The translations under genes and the position numbers were made by a program. Under the pieces are notes generated by a model that did no database searches, was not told where the DNA came from, and saw only the letters and a list, made by a program, of their open reading frames with translations. From assembly GCA_963804955.1 (NCBI GenBank), contig CAWDSQ010000030.1:192001-256000 (forward strand): a stretch of DNA of 64,000 bases, in the 5' to 3' direction. The stretch is from an uncultured delta proteobacterium (GTDB lineage: Bacteria > Desulfobacterota > WTBG01 > CAIYCZ01 > CAIRTM01). Positions 8,524-16,669 of the stretch are shown one piece after another (the stretch's first letter is position 1; every line of letters starts with the position of its first letter).

Positions 8524-10167
8524 TTACGCCGCGAAGCTGCCGCTGAGCGTATGCTGCCAGTCCGATTCCTTGCGCAGGGCAAGCAGTTTTGCATCTCCCA
8601 TGCCGCCGCAGGCGCCTGCAATTTTTTCAAAATAGCTCCGCTCGGGGTTGCCGCTTGTACGAAACAGCCGCAGGGGCGCAAGCTGCGAAAGGCTGCGCGC
8701 ATGGAGGTAGTGATAGTTTTCCATGAGCCCCTGCTCCATCGCGGCCCGCAGGGTTGCGGCATCAGGGTCGGTTGCTGCGCTGTAAAAAAAGACGTAGCCC
8801 GAGCCTGTCTCGTCCGGGGCCATCATGGCGAAGCTGAAGCGCGTGCAGAGTTCTTTTTCGGCTTGCCGTATAACGGATTCGACATGCCCCAGATGCAGCT
8901 TTTCACCGACCAGGTCGGTAAGGCAGTTGTCGCGCCCTGTGAACTCAAGCAGGGGCAGGCGGTTGAAGAATCCGGTGACCCTGACAAGATCGTGCAGCCG
9001 GTAGCGGTACAGCCCGCCGCCGGTTGTCATGATGGCGCTGTAGGTGCGGTCTTTTTCAATGCGCCACAGCGGCTGTACCTCGCCCGTGCCGGTGTCTGCA
9101 AATTCCAGAAAATGGGACGTGACGGCTGCGACCCGGTGGCCGGCAGGTCCTATCGGGATCGATACGACACCCTCTGTCGCGAGAAGCCCCTTGGGCTGGA
9201 TGGCCGCCTGCGGGAAGCGCTCGGCAAGAGCGGGCAGGCTGTGGGCCGACCAGCCGTCAGCCCAGCAGCTCAGCACTTTCAGGTTTGGCCAGATGCCCGC
9301 AAAGCCGTGCGCCCGGATATCGATGTTTTCCAGATAGTCAGCCCGGCCGGGGCAGGGGCGCAGGTACCTGGCGAACAGGGAGCGGCTGGCAGGCTCCGGC
9401 ACGGCGCTGGTGCTGATCGAGCCGAGCCTCAGGTCGCGGGTAAGCTCCGTAAAGCGGCGCTCGATGAGGTCGGCAAGAATCGACAGCACTGACGGGTGCC
9501 ACACTGAAATAAGGCGCAGGTTTTCCTGGCGAAGCAGAAAAAGGGCGCTGAGGTAGAGAAAGCTCTCCGTGCCGGCCACTGCCGCTGTTTCATGGGGCAC
9601 GCACATGAGCCGGCTGCAGCAGCGCATCTGAAGTGCGCTCAGGTATGCCGCATCGGGCATGAATCTCACCGGAACCTTTGAGTCCGCACTATCCTTCGGA
9701 TGCGTGTGCGGCGTCGTGACCCAGTACTGGCTGCCGCCGTGCAGGGCAGGGGTGTGCAGGAAGAGTGACGCCAGCCAGGGGCTGAGGGCCGCGCGGAACT
9801 GCCGAAGGAGCGACGGCGTGTAGGGAATGAGCTTGGTGGCGCTTGAGCTGCCGCTTGTGGGCACCAGCGCCAGAACTTCTTCCGCGGTCAGGACAGCCCT
9901 GCCGCCCTGCCTGATTCGGCTGATGTAGCCTTCCAGGTCTTCATAGCCGCACACGGGCACGGACCGGAAATCCTCATATGTCCTGATGCCGGAAAAGCCG
10001 TGGCGCCTGCCGTAGTCTGTGTCGCGGTTTGCCGCAATGATGCTGCGCAGCAGGCTCCGCTGAACCTCTTCGGGAGCCCGGCTCGCCCGCATAAATGCAG
10101 CGTAGCGGCTCATGCACGAAGCAAGCATGCCGCGTGACGCCAGGTGCTGCATGGTTCTTTCAAGCAT
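8524..10167 (-). CDS. GH3-family acyl-adenylating amide ligase
   Basis: N-terminal 'ANRDTDYGRRHGF', PTSGSSSATKLIPYT, ATEG, FLEF, TTGGGLYRYRLHDLVRVTGF, GEKL. Confidence 0.85.
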   Translation of the reverse strand: MLERTMQHLASRGMLASCMSRYAAFMRASRAPEEVQRSLLRSIIAANRDTDYGRRHGFSGIRTYEDFRSVPVCGYEDLEGYISRIRQGGRAVLTAEEVLALVPTSGSSSATKLIPYTPSLLRQFRAALSPWLASLFLHTPALHGGSQYWVTTPHTHPKDSADSKVPVRFMPDAAYLSALQMRCCSRLMCVPHETAAVAGTESFLYLSALFLLRQENLRLISVWHPSVLSILADLIERRFTELTRDLRLGSISTSAVPEPASRSLFARYLRPCPGRADYLENIDIRAHGFAGIWPNLKVLSCWADGWSAHSLPALAERFPQAAIQPKGLLATEGVVSIPIGPAGHRVAAVTSHFLEFADTGTGEVQPLWRIEKDRTYSAIMTTGGGLYRYRLHDLVRVTGFFNRLPLLEFTGRDNCLTDLVGEKLHLGHVESVIRQAEKELCTRFSFAMMAPDETGSGYVFFYSAATDPDAATLRAAMEQGLMENYHYLHARSLSQLAPLRLFRTSGNPERSYFEKIAGACGGMGDAKLLALRKESDWQHTLSGSFAA

Positions 10168-10894
10168 GGTGCTCTACCCATGATACAGGGGTTGTTCTGA
10201 TAGAGCGCCAGGCGGACCGGTTGAGGTTGCCGGGCCGCAGCGCCGTAATGCAGGCCAACTCGTCGCCTATGACATGGCCGGGATTTTTTTTGAAAAAAAA
10301 ATCAATATGCGGGTCACTCATCCTGCCGGGTGCGACCTGCTGCATAACTGGTTTCAGGCGGTCTTTCATGCCCTGCGTCCGGATAATGCCGCTCGGGGCG
10401 TCGTAGGAGCCTCTGAATTTGAACATCGCGGCCGCATCCAGCGCATGTTGAAAAGATTGCGGCGTCGGCATGTCGAACCTGGGGTAGAATTCATTGAAGA
10501 ATACCGGCAGAAACCTGTAGGTGCGGTAGCCTTTGGAGATGAGGAACCAGTAGAGATCGCGGTCGCCAGCAATATTGAGCCCTTTTAGGATCAGGTGGCC
10601 GAAGCAGCCGGCCAGGGCGGGGTAATTGCGGCATGCCCTGTCAACGATGGTATCGCCGCTGAAAAGAAACAGCGTTTCCCTGCCGTCCACGAGAATCGTC
10701 AATATCTGCAGCGTTGAAAATCCTCCGAGTGCGGAGCCGTTGCGCAGCACGATTACCCACTGCTTCTGCTCAAGATCGCTGAAAAAGGCGTCGGGCGCAA
10801 CATTTGCGAAATACCGGCAGTGCAGCTGCAGCATCTCCTCCCGATCGGCTTTGGTCAGGCATCCCTGTTGGTATATCTGCGACTGTAGGTTCAT
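10160..10894 (-). CDS. Conserved hypothetical protein, GNAT-like, coupled to the GH3 gene
   Basis: 244 aa, overlaps both neighbours. Segments GFSTLQ, FSGDTIVD and WFLISKGYRTYRFLP are compatible with a GNAT fold (inference). Confidence 0.55.
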   Translation of the reverse strand: MNLQSQIYQQGCLTKADREEMLQLHCRYFANVAPDAFFSDLEQKQWVIVLRNGSALGGFSTLQILTILVDGRETLFLFSGDTIVDRACRNYPALAGCFGHLILKGLNIAGDRDLYWFLISKGYRTYRFLPVFFNEFYPRFDMPTPQSFQHALDAAAMFKFRGSYDAPSGIIRTQGMKDRLKPVMQQVAPGRMSDPHIDFFFKKNPGHVIGDELACITALRPGNLNRSAWRSIRTTPVSWVEHHA

Positions 10895-12093
10895 GGCAGC
10901 CTTTCGTAATCGTGTTGATTGCTTTCAGCGGTAGAGCAGGCAGCGTGCCCGCACGGGGGCGATATCGAGCCGGATTCTTCAGCTCTGTCGGCATAGCCGT
11001 ACTGACTGATAAACGGCCCCCAGCGCCGGGCGATACGCTCCCGCGTTTCAGGGCTGAGGCTGAATTTGTTTTTTTTGTAGCCGGCGTTTTTTGCCGCATA
11101 TGCCTGCACCAGGGGTCTGACCTGTTCAAAGCAGTCAAGGGAAAGCGCTTTGTAGAGCTTTTCCATCTCGGCCTCGGGGGCTGCGGCAAGGTCCTCGTAG
11201 CGAATGCAGTGGAGCTGGCCCGGCGGGATCAGGTGGCGGTCGCTTTCGAATTTCAGGTGCATGCGGTTGAACACGTCAAGTACATACTCTTCGAGCTCAG
11301 CGGCATCGGGGGCGCGCAGCGAGGCGTACCGGGCGAATATGTTCCAGGTGTGGATCGCTGAAGGGAACACATCAAAGGGATTTCGAACCAGATAGACAAA
11401 CCGCGCTTTCGGAAACAGCCGAAGCAGGATGGCTGCGCGGAAGGTGTGGGTCGGCGATTTCAGGACAACCGGACGGTCCTGCCTGAAGGTGACTTTTTTG
11501 AGAAACTGCACAAGGCTGTTTTCCCAGTGCCTGCGGCTTGCGGCCGGGACTTTTTCAAGCTCATAGAAATCGGCATAGCGGCCTAAGTGCCTGATTAAAA
11601 AGTGGGTTGTGTACGGCGAGACCGCGCCCATGTAGGAAAGGGCGAATTCATCCTCCTGGGGGGTGTCAGGCCCTAACGCCATATTGTCCTGCAGCCGCTG
11701 CGATGGGAAGAAACGCTTGATGAGCGGCATGAACAGCCGATCTGCCAGCAAAAAGTTGTGCGGCGCCACGCAGGAAAAGCTCGTTGGAAAGGTGAAGCGC
11801 TCGTCCAGGCACAGCAGCTCATGCAGCAGCGTCGTGCCTGAGCGCCAGTGGCCCAGGATGAACACCGGCGCATCATGCACCTGCGTTGCCCTGATCCGCG
11901 CGCCGAACAGCAGGTTTTCAATCAGCTTTAAAACGCTCACCACCGTGCTCACTGCCGTAATGATAAGCACATCGGGGATTTTCGACGGGCTTATCCCCAG
12001 GCCGTAGCGCCGAAGGATCCGGCACCAGGCTGCAAAGTCAAAACCCGGCAGGAGCCGTAATGCAAGATAGGCTTTTACATCAAGTTTTTGCAT
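10891..12093 (-). CDS. PAPS-dependent sulfotransferase
   Basis: 5'-PSB motif GHWRSGTTLLH, plus LKSP, RNPFDVFPS and RYEDL. Start re-assigned to ATG at 12093 (MQKL). Confidence 0.85.
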   Translation of the reverse strand: MQKLDVKAYLALRLLPGFDFAAWCRILRRYGLGISPSKIPDVLIITAVSTVVSVLKLIENLLFGARIRATQVHDAPVFILGHWRSGTTLLHELLCLDERFTFPTSFSCVAPHNFLLADRLFMPLIKRFFPSQRLQDNMALGPDTPQEDEFALSYMGAVSPYTTHFLIRHLGRYADFYELEKVPAASRRHWENSLVQFLKKVTFRQDRPVVLKSPTHTFRAAILLRLFPKARFVYLVRNPFDVFPSAIHTWNIFARYASLRAPDAAELEEYVLDVFNRMHLKFESDRHLIPPGQLHCIRYEDLAAAPEAEMEKLYKALSLDCFEQVRPLVQAYAAKNAGYKKNKFSLSPETRERIARRWGPFISQYGYADRAEESGSISPPCGHAACSTAESNQHDYERLP

Positions 12094-12174
12094 CGCGCGT
12101 AGGATTCCTTTAAAACAAGCGTTCCGTTCGGGCTGCTTCGTCAGCAACCCGCTGCCTGCTCCAGGCAAGCAGTT

Positions 12175-13527
12175 TCATGCGGCTTTGCTCCCCAGAAGGT
12201 GATCGGTGGCCATCCACTGCTCGTCATAGGACGGCAGGCTCCTGCCGTAGAGGCGATAGCCGATATTTGCCAGGACTGAATATCTCAGAAAAGACCTGGC
12301 TCCCAGCAGGCGGCTGGTTATATTCCGCAGGCGGTAAGCCTCTTTCCAGATAGTGTGGTGCCCGTGATCGAGCTGCCCGACCGTCATGCCCCGCGGTTCA
12401 AAAACAACATGCTGGGCATCATAGAGGGCCCAGTTTTCAGTAAGAATGCGGCCCTCCTGCTTGAGTCGGTCGAAAAACGGTGTTCCGGGAAAAGGCGTAC
12501 AGACCGTGAACCGCGGCAGGTCGATATGGGCGCTGAGGACAAAATCCATGGTTTGCTGGAAGCAGTCGGGCCCGTCGCCGTCAAGGCCGTGCACGAAGCA
12601 GCCCATGATGGCAATGCCCCGCCTGTGCAGCTCGTCCGCAAGGGTGTAGTAGTCGCCGACGCTGTTGAACGCTTTGCTGATGCCGTCGTTGGTTTGCTGT
12701 GAAAGCGACTCAAAGCCGATCAAAAGCCCTCTGCATCCGCTGCGCGCCATGACATCCATCAGCTCGGGATGCCGCACCAGGCGGGTCGTGGCAAGTCCTG
12801 TCCAGAATTTTTTCAAGGGGATCATGGCGCTGTAGAGCTCCAGGGCATACTGGACGTTTTCAATGGGGCTGGGATCAACGAAGGTCATGTAGCGGCCGCG
12901 CATGGAACTTATGTCATCGATTACCTGGTCAACGGGCCGCGCCTCATAACGGCGGCACACGACCGGCGTTACGCAGAAATCGCAGGAATTCGGGCACCCG
13001 AACACGGCCTGCACGCTGTTGAGCGTGATAAAGCCGCGGTACTTCATGTGCTTGCGCAGCGGAGTTTTGAATTTTGAAAAATCGGTTTTACCTTCCGGCG
13101 GCTGGTAGCGCTTGCGGGGATTGCCGGCTTTGAAATCCCTCAGAAATTGGGGCCATGTCTCATAGGCATGGCCGGTGATGACCGTATCGGCATGGGTCAT
13201 TGCCTCCTGCGGCATGAGCGTGGAATGCACCCCGCCGAGCACTACATACATGCCCCGGCTGCGGAAATAATCAGCATAGGCGTACATGCGCTGCGAGGCC
13301 CCCGTAATGCCGGTTATGCCGACAATATCGGCCTGTATTTTTTCAGGCTCTATGGCTTCGGCGCCTTCATCATGCATTTCAATTTCGGCGGATACGTCAG
13401 GCGGCACGAGCGCCGCCAGCGTGGGCAGCGTCATGGGAGAATAGCGGAGGAATTTCGAGAAAGCGCCGGTCCCGAATCTGTATATCCCGGCTCGTGGCAG
13501 AATAAGAACTATTTTCATTGCACTCAC
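12175..13527 (-). CDS. Cobalamin-binding radical SAM enzyme #3
   Basis: GGVHSTLMPQEA, FGCPNSCDFC, IGFES, TPFPGT. Clearly paralogous to 866-2218. Confidence 0.9.
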   Translation of the reverse strand: MSAMKIVLILPRAGIYRFGTGAFSKFLRYSPMTLPTLAALVPPDVSAEIEMHDEGAEAIEPEKIQADIVGITGITGASQRMYAYADYFRSRGMYVVLGGVHSTLMPQEAMTHADTVITGHAYETWPQFLRDFKAGNPRKRYQPPEGKTDFSKFKTPLRKHMKYRGFITLNSVQAVFGCPNSCDFCVTPVVCRRYEARPVDQVIDDISSMRGRYMTFVDPSPIENVQYALELYSAMIPLKKFWTGLATTRLVRHPELMDVMARSGCRGLLIGFESLSQQTNDGISKAFNSVGDYYTLADELHRRGIAIMGCFVHGLDGDGPDCFQQTMDFVLSAHIDLPRFTVCTPFPGTPFFDRLKQEGRILTENWALYDAQHVVFEPRGMTVGQLDHGHHTIWKEAYRLRNITSRLLGARSFLRYSVLANIGYRLYGRSLPSYDEQWMATDHLLGSKAA

Positions 13528-13584
13528 CCTTAAGGATTAATTAAAATCTTATTAACGACATGTCATATGGCTGACTGATGTTTG

Positions 13585-14781
13585 CTATACTGTCAGCCAT
13601 TTCATGCCTTCTTTATCAAGCATGTGTCCGAATTGTTTCATTCGATCCCGAATGATGTTGTTATCGACTTTCTGAGTCATTTTTGAAGACAGCGTATTCG
13701 GCGAATCATAGTATTCAAAAGGGATTACCAGATCAAATTTCGCGTCTTTTATGAATCGTACGGTATCCATAAAATCTTCTTCCGTTTCGGAAGGAAATCC
13801 GATAATCACCTGTGAATACAGTTTTAATTTTGAATTTGCAGCTTTGAATGCATTGAGGGTTTTAAGCACTTCTTTGTTATTATTATAACGATTCATGAGC
13901 TGTAAAATTCTTTCACTGCCGGACTGGATGGGAAACATAATTTGAGTAATTGTTTTTTTCTCTATTCTTTTTATGATTTCATCCTGATTTTGCACCGCCC
14001 ATCGTGGATATAAATGCAATAAATACCATTCAATCCCATGGTCCCTGCCATTACCGTTTTCGTTATGATGAACTCCGGCCAGCTCATGTAATAATTCGCT
14101 TAACGAGGAACCGATATCAGAGCCATAGGCCCCAACGTTATCTGAAAAAAGTTTGAACTTTCGATAGCCTTTGTTTAATAATGATGCATATTCATTTTTT
14201 AATTCCTGAAGGGATTTGCTTTTCAATGGTCCGATCGCTTTTCTTATTCCGCAATAGGCACATTTTTCATTACATCCCCGGCCGATACGCAAATAGGGTA
14301 TCTGCTTTCCTGCGGAGAACATACTTAATGAAGTAAATTGTTTGTATAAGTTTTTATTTAATTTTATTTCCGGCAATGCTTTTTGAAATATATAAGACAG
14401 TTTCGGGTATAAATAATTTGCATCTTCCACCATGTTGAATTTGTATCTGAAATTCGGAAAAAAATCATCTATCTGTTCCAGTTGTTTTGTGGAAATGCAT
14501 TTGCCTGAAAAATTTTTCGATAATTCCTCAGGCGCAATTTCAGGAAGGCAACCGGCAACAATCAGCTCTCCCTTGTATGTTTTGTATTTCCGGATATTTT
14601 CAATGCTGGCATTTTTTCTGTTTTCTTTAAAACTGCAGGTCACAAAAATTATATAATCCGCCTTTCTGGCCGATGATACCATCCTGCAATCATTTATTTC
14701 AAAATATCTTATCAGTCGTGACATATCCAGATCGCGTCCCGGACAACCATTTGAACTGATATATATCCGTTTTGCATTCAT
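13585..14781 (-). CDS. Methylthiotransferase-like (MiaB/RimO/MtaB family) radical SAM enzyme without a TRAM domain
   Basis: UPF0004-type Cys triad (NGC, VTC, AGC), RGCNEKCAYC, PIQSGS, IIGFPSETEEDF. Ends at 398 aa; visibly AT-rich. Confidence 0.8.
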   Translation of the reverse strand: MNAKRIYISSNGCPGRDLDMSRLIRYFEINDCRMVSSARKADYIIFVTCSFKENRKNASIENIRKYKTYKGELIVAGCLPEIAPEELSKNFSGKCISTKQLEQIDDFFPNFRYKFNMVEDANYLYPKLSYIFQKALPEIKLNKNLYKQFTSLSMFSAGKQIPYLRIGRGCNEKCAYCGIRKAIGPLKSKSLQELKNEYASLLNKGYRKFKLFSDNVGAYGSDIGSSLSELLHELAGVHHNENGNGRDHGIEWYLLHLYPRWAVQNQDEIIKRIEKKTITQIMFPIQSGSERILQLMNRYNNNKEVLKTLNAFKAANSKLKLYSQVIIGFPSETEEDFMDTVRFIKDAKFDLVIPFEYYDSPNTLSSKMTQKVDNNIIRDRMKQFGHMLDKEGMKWLTV

Positions 14782-14849
14782 CTCGCGCCACTTTTATTTA
14801 TTAATTGTTCGAAGCCAACTGAATATCAACCTGCGCTATTGTCTTCAGG

Positions 14850-14878
14850 AGCCATCGCCTATGAGGGTGGTTGTTGAC
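14850..14878 (-). mobile_element. Degenerate IS200/IS605-like terminal hairpin
   Basis: Minus strand GTCAACAACCACCCTCATAGGCGATGGCT resembles the copy ending at 15768. Confidence 0.35.
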
Positions 14879-15040
14879 TTGTCAGGTGTTTTTTTAAATT
14901 TTCGTTTTATTTATCCGTATGATACATCTCGCGACAGCGGACCAGTCACCACTATTAACTTGTTAAAGGGGTCATACGTTACCGGACAGTATGAATTGTT
15001 CTTTTACCTTATAGCTCCCTGCTTTAAACGCTATCCTCGC

Positions 15041-15115
15041 GAGATTGCTTCGTCGTTTTGAATGCCCGCAATGCACGTGGGCGGTCATCGCGAGGCCGCA
15101 GGCCGTGGCGATCTC
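15041..15115. repeat. REP-like palindromic doublet (GTCATCGCGAG...GGCGATCTC type)
   Basis: GAGATTGCTTCGTCG...CGCAATGCAC followed by the inverted unit GTCATCGCGAGGCCGCAGGCCGTGGCGATCTC. Confidence 0.6.
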
Positions 15116-15276
15116 ATATGTGTGTCCGCTTACTAATGATCTTATTAATCATTGTTGTCAGTTGATGTAACAATTTAGCGTCGAGTTATTCGCTGCCGAA
15201 ATTTTCCAGTTACTGTTCTACGTCCTACTCGGTCCCCTCTCGGCAACGATGCTTCAGGAATGTATTATTATTTATA

Positions 15277-15293
15277 TGCAATAAAAGTGCCTA
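15277..15293 (-). promoter_or_regulatory. Candidate sigma54 (-24/-12) promoter facing the radical SAM cluster
   Basis: Minus strand TAGGCAC-TTTTA-TTGCA versus consensus TGGCAC-N5-TTGC(A/T), with correct GG/GC spacing. Confidence 0.6.
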
Positions 15294-15388
15294 AATATGC
15301 TTAAGCGTGGTAGCTTGAAATAAATGAAGCAATAACAAAGTATTAAATTATTATTTTGTTTGATGCCCTGACAGCGTCCGAATTCTTA

Positions 15389-15447
15389 TTGGTTGTTTTC
15401 AGCCAACTTTTCAGATTACTAGGGAGCTTTTGGTTCATTACAACCAA
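15389..15447. promoter_or_regulatory. Two palindromic candidate enhancer (UAS) sites
   Basis: TTGGTT-N6-AGCCAA (15389-15406) and TTGGTT-N6-AACCAA (15430-15447), offset by 41 bp. Confidence 0.5.
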
Positions 15448-15711
15448 TGGCCGCTGCATTTTTTTTTAAACAAAACATGTTAAGTTTCCAGGCAACCCAA
15501 AAAAAATAAGGGGGGGATTACTTATGGATATCTGTGGAGGGCATCGATGTTTCCGGTGTTGGCAACAGAGTGCCTGTTGCCAAGCAATGGATTGAATGTT
15601 TGTCGCACCTTTGATGCCGTCAGCATACCAGGCGCAAAACGTTTTATGGTCGTTCAGGCCGGATATGGGTACGGTTTTCTGAAGATGGCAACTTAAACAC
15701 TTCGTGTTTTT

Positions 15712-15768
15712 GATTACGCCCTTTCAGGGCGAAATCAAGCCACCCTCTCTATGCCGGTGGCTGTTGAC
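15712..15768 (-). mobile_element. IS200/IS605-family-like end remnant (two hairpins), no transposase
   Basis: Minus strand GTCAACAGCCACCGGCATAGAGAGGGTGGCTTG then GATTTCGCCCTGAAAGGGCGTAATC. Sits where the antitoxin ORF loses protein-like character. Confidence 0.45.
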
Positions 15769-15886
15769 AAGATTGCCGCACAATTTCAAACTCCGGCTCA
15801 AGCTCTTTGACTGCAACGGAAAAATTTTTGTTTTTCAGCAGCTCCTGTTTTACTGTGCTCCAGGCAACCGATGGTTTTTTTTTCAT
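15749..15886 (-). pseudogene. Truncated HigA/XRE-type antitoxin (N-terminus only, HTH lost)
   Basis: ATGA overlap with the toxin stop. MKKKPSVAWSTVKQELLKNKNFSVAVKELEPEFEIVRQ then SCQQPPA-stop (45 aa). Confidence 0.65.
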
Positions 15887-16245
15887 GGCTTGTGCCTCGC
15901 TAAAAAATCAGTCATGTACCGCAGCGCGGTTTCAATTTCTTTTTTCGGTGTTTTTTGAGTTTTTTTTACAAATCCGTGCAAGAGTATAAATCTGCTTCCG
16001 ACGGGCATAAAATAGAATATTCGTGACGCATCACCGCCGAATTTGATGCGCAACTCCCAGAGGTTCTTTTGAGCTGCTTCTTTGATGTGCTTAACATAGG
16101 GTTCTTTGAGCGCCGGACCGTATTCTGCAAGCAGCTCGATTTCCCAAAAGGCTTTAGCCCTGTGCTTGTCAGAGAGCGACTCCAGAAATTCTTTCACAGG
16201 AACTGCGCCGTTTTCTTTGCGGTAAAGTTCAACTTTCCAGTTCAT
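15883..16245 (-). CDS. RelE/ParE-superfamily toxin (Gp49/HigB-like)
   Basis: PVKEFL, EPYVKHI, LWELRI, RIFYF, ILLHGFVKKTQKTP. Confidence 0.85.
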   Translation of the reverse strand: MNWKVELYRKENGAVPVKEFLESLSDKHRAKAFWEIELLAEYGPALKEPYVKHIKEAAQKNLWELRIKFGGDASRIFYFMPVGSRFILLHGFVKKTQKTPKKEIETALRYMTDFLARHKP

Positions 16246-16669
16246 AAGCTCCGCATATCGTAAATGATATATCAGCTGAATGGTTTTTTCAATGAGAAAA
16301 ATCTATGCGCTCGTGAAATAACGTCTTTGTCTTTTTGAAATTATGAGGGCAACAGCTCCTTGTACGTCCTCTTCTGCTTCGCGGCAAACACCTCAAACTG
16401 GCGAACGCCGAAATCATAGCCGGTAACAGATTATTGTGCAATTGATTTATTTTTATAATTTTAGGTTGATTGCATAACGCATATTAATATTCAGGCTCGC
16501 GGGTTGGCAGTTGGCAACTCTGCATTCTTTTGGTGACAGTATCACGCGGTTTTGTCAGATGAGGTCAAAATGGAAAGATCAGTGGAAATTTTATGCAATG
16601 CTGGCGGAAAGGCTTACATGAAAAGCGGGTTAAAAAGCCGTAGGCTTTTTGTTGTCTTCAGGAATAAGT

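Noticed and set aside
8496..8762. N-terminal extension of the RS-SPASM ORF given by the track
   Set aside because: It overlaps the GH3 3' end; ATG 8495 follows a purine-rich stretch and is more plausible.
6085..9492. Plus-strand ORFs 6085-7230 and 8449-9492
   Set aside because: Antisense shadows of the GC-rich radical SAM and GH3 genes.
14782..15270. RiPP precursor in the cluster leader
   Set aside because: Only short ORFs without a good RBS; the longest starts inside the REP-like element.
16300..16430. Possible gene fragment (GYDFGVRQFEVFAAKQKRTYKELLPS, minus strand)
   Set aside because: Too short to assign and no start or family motif.
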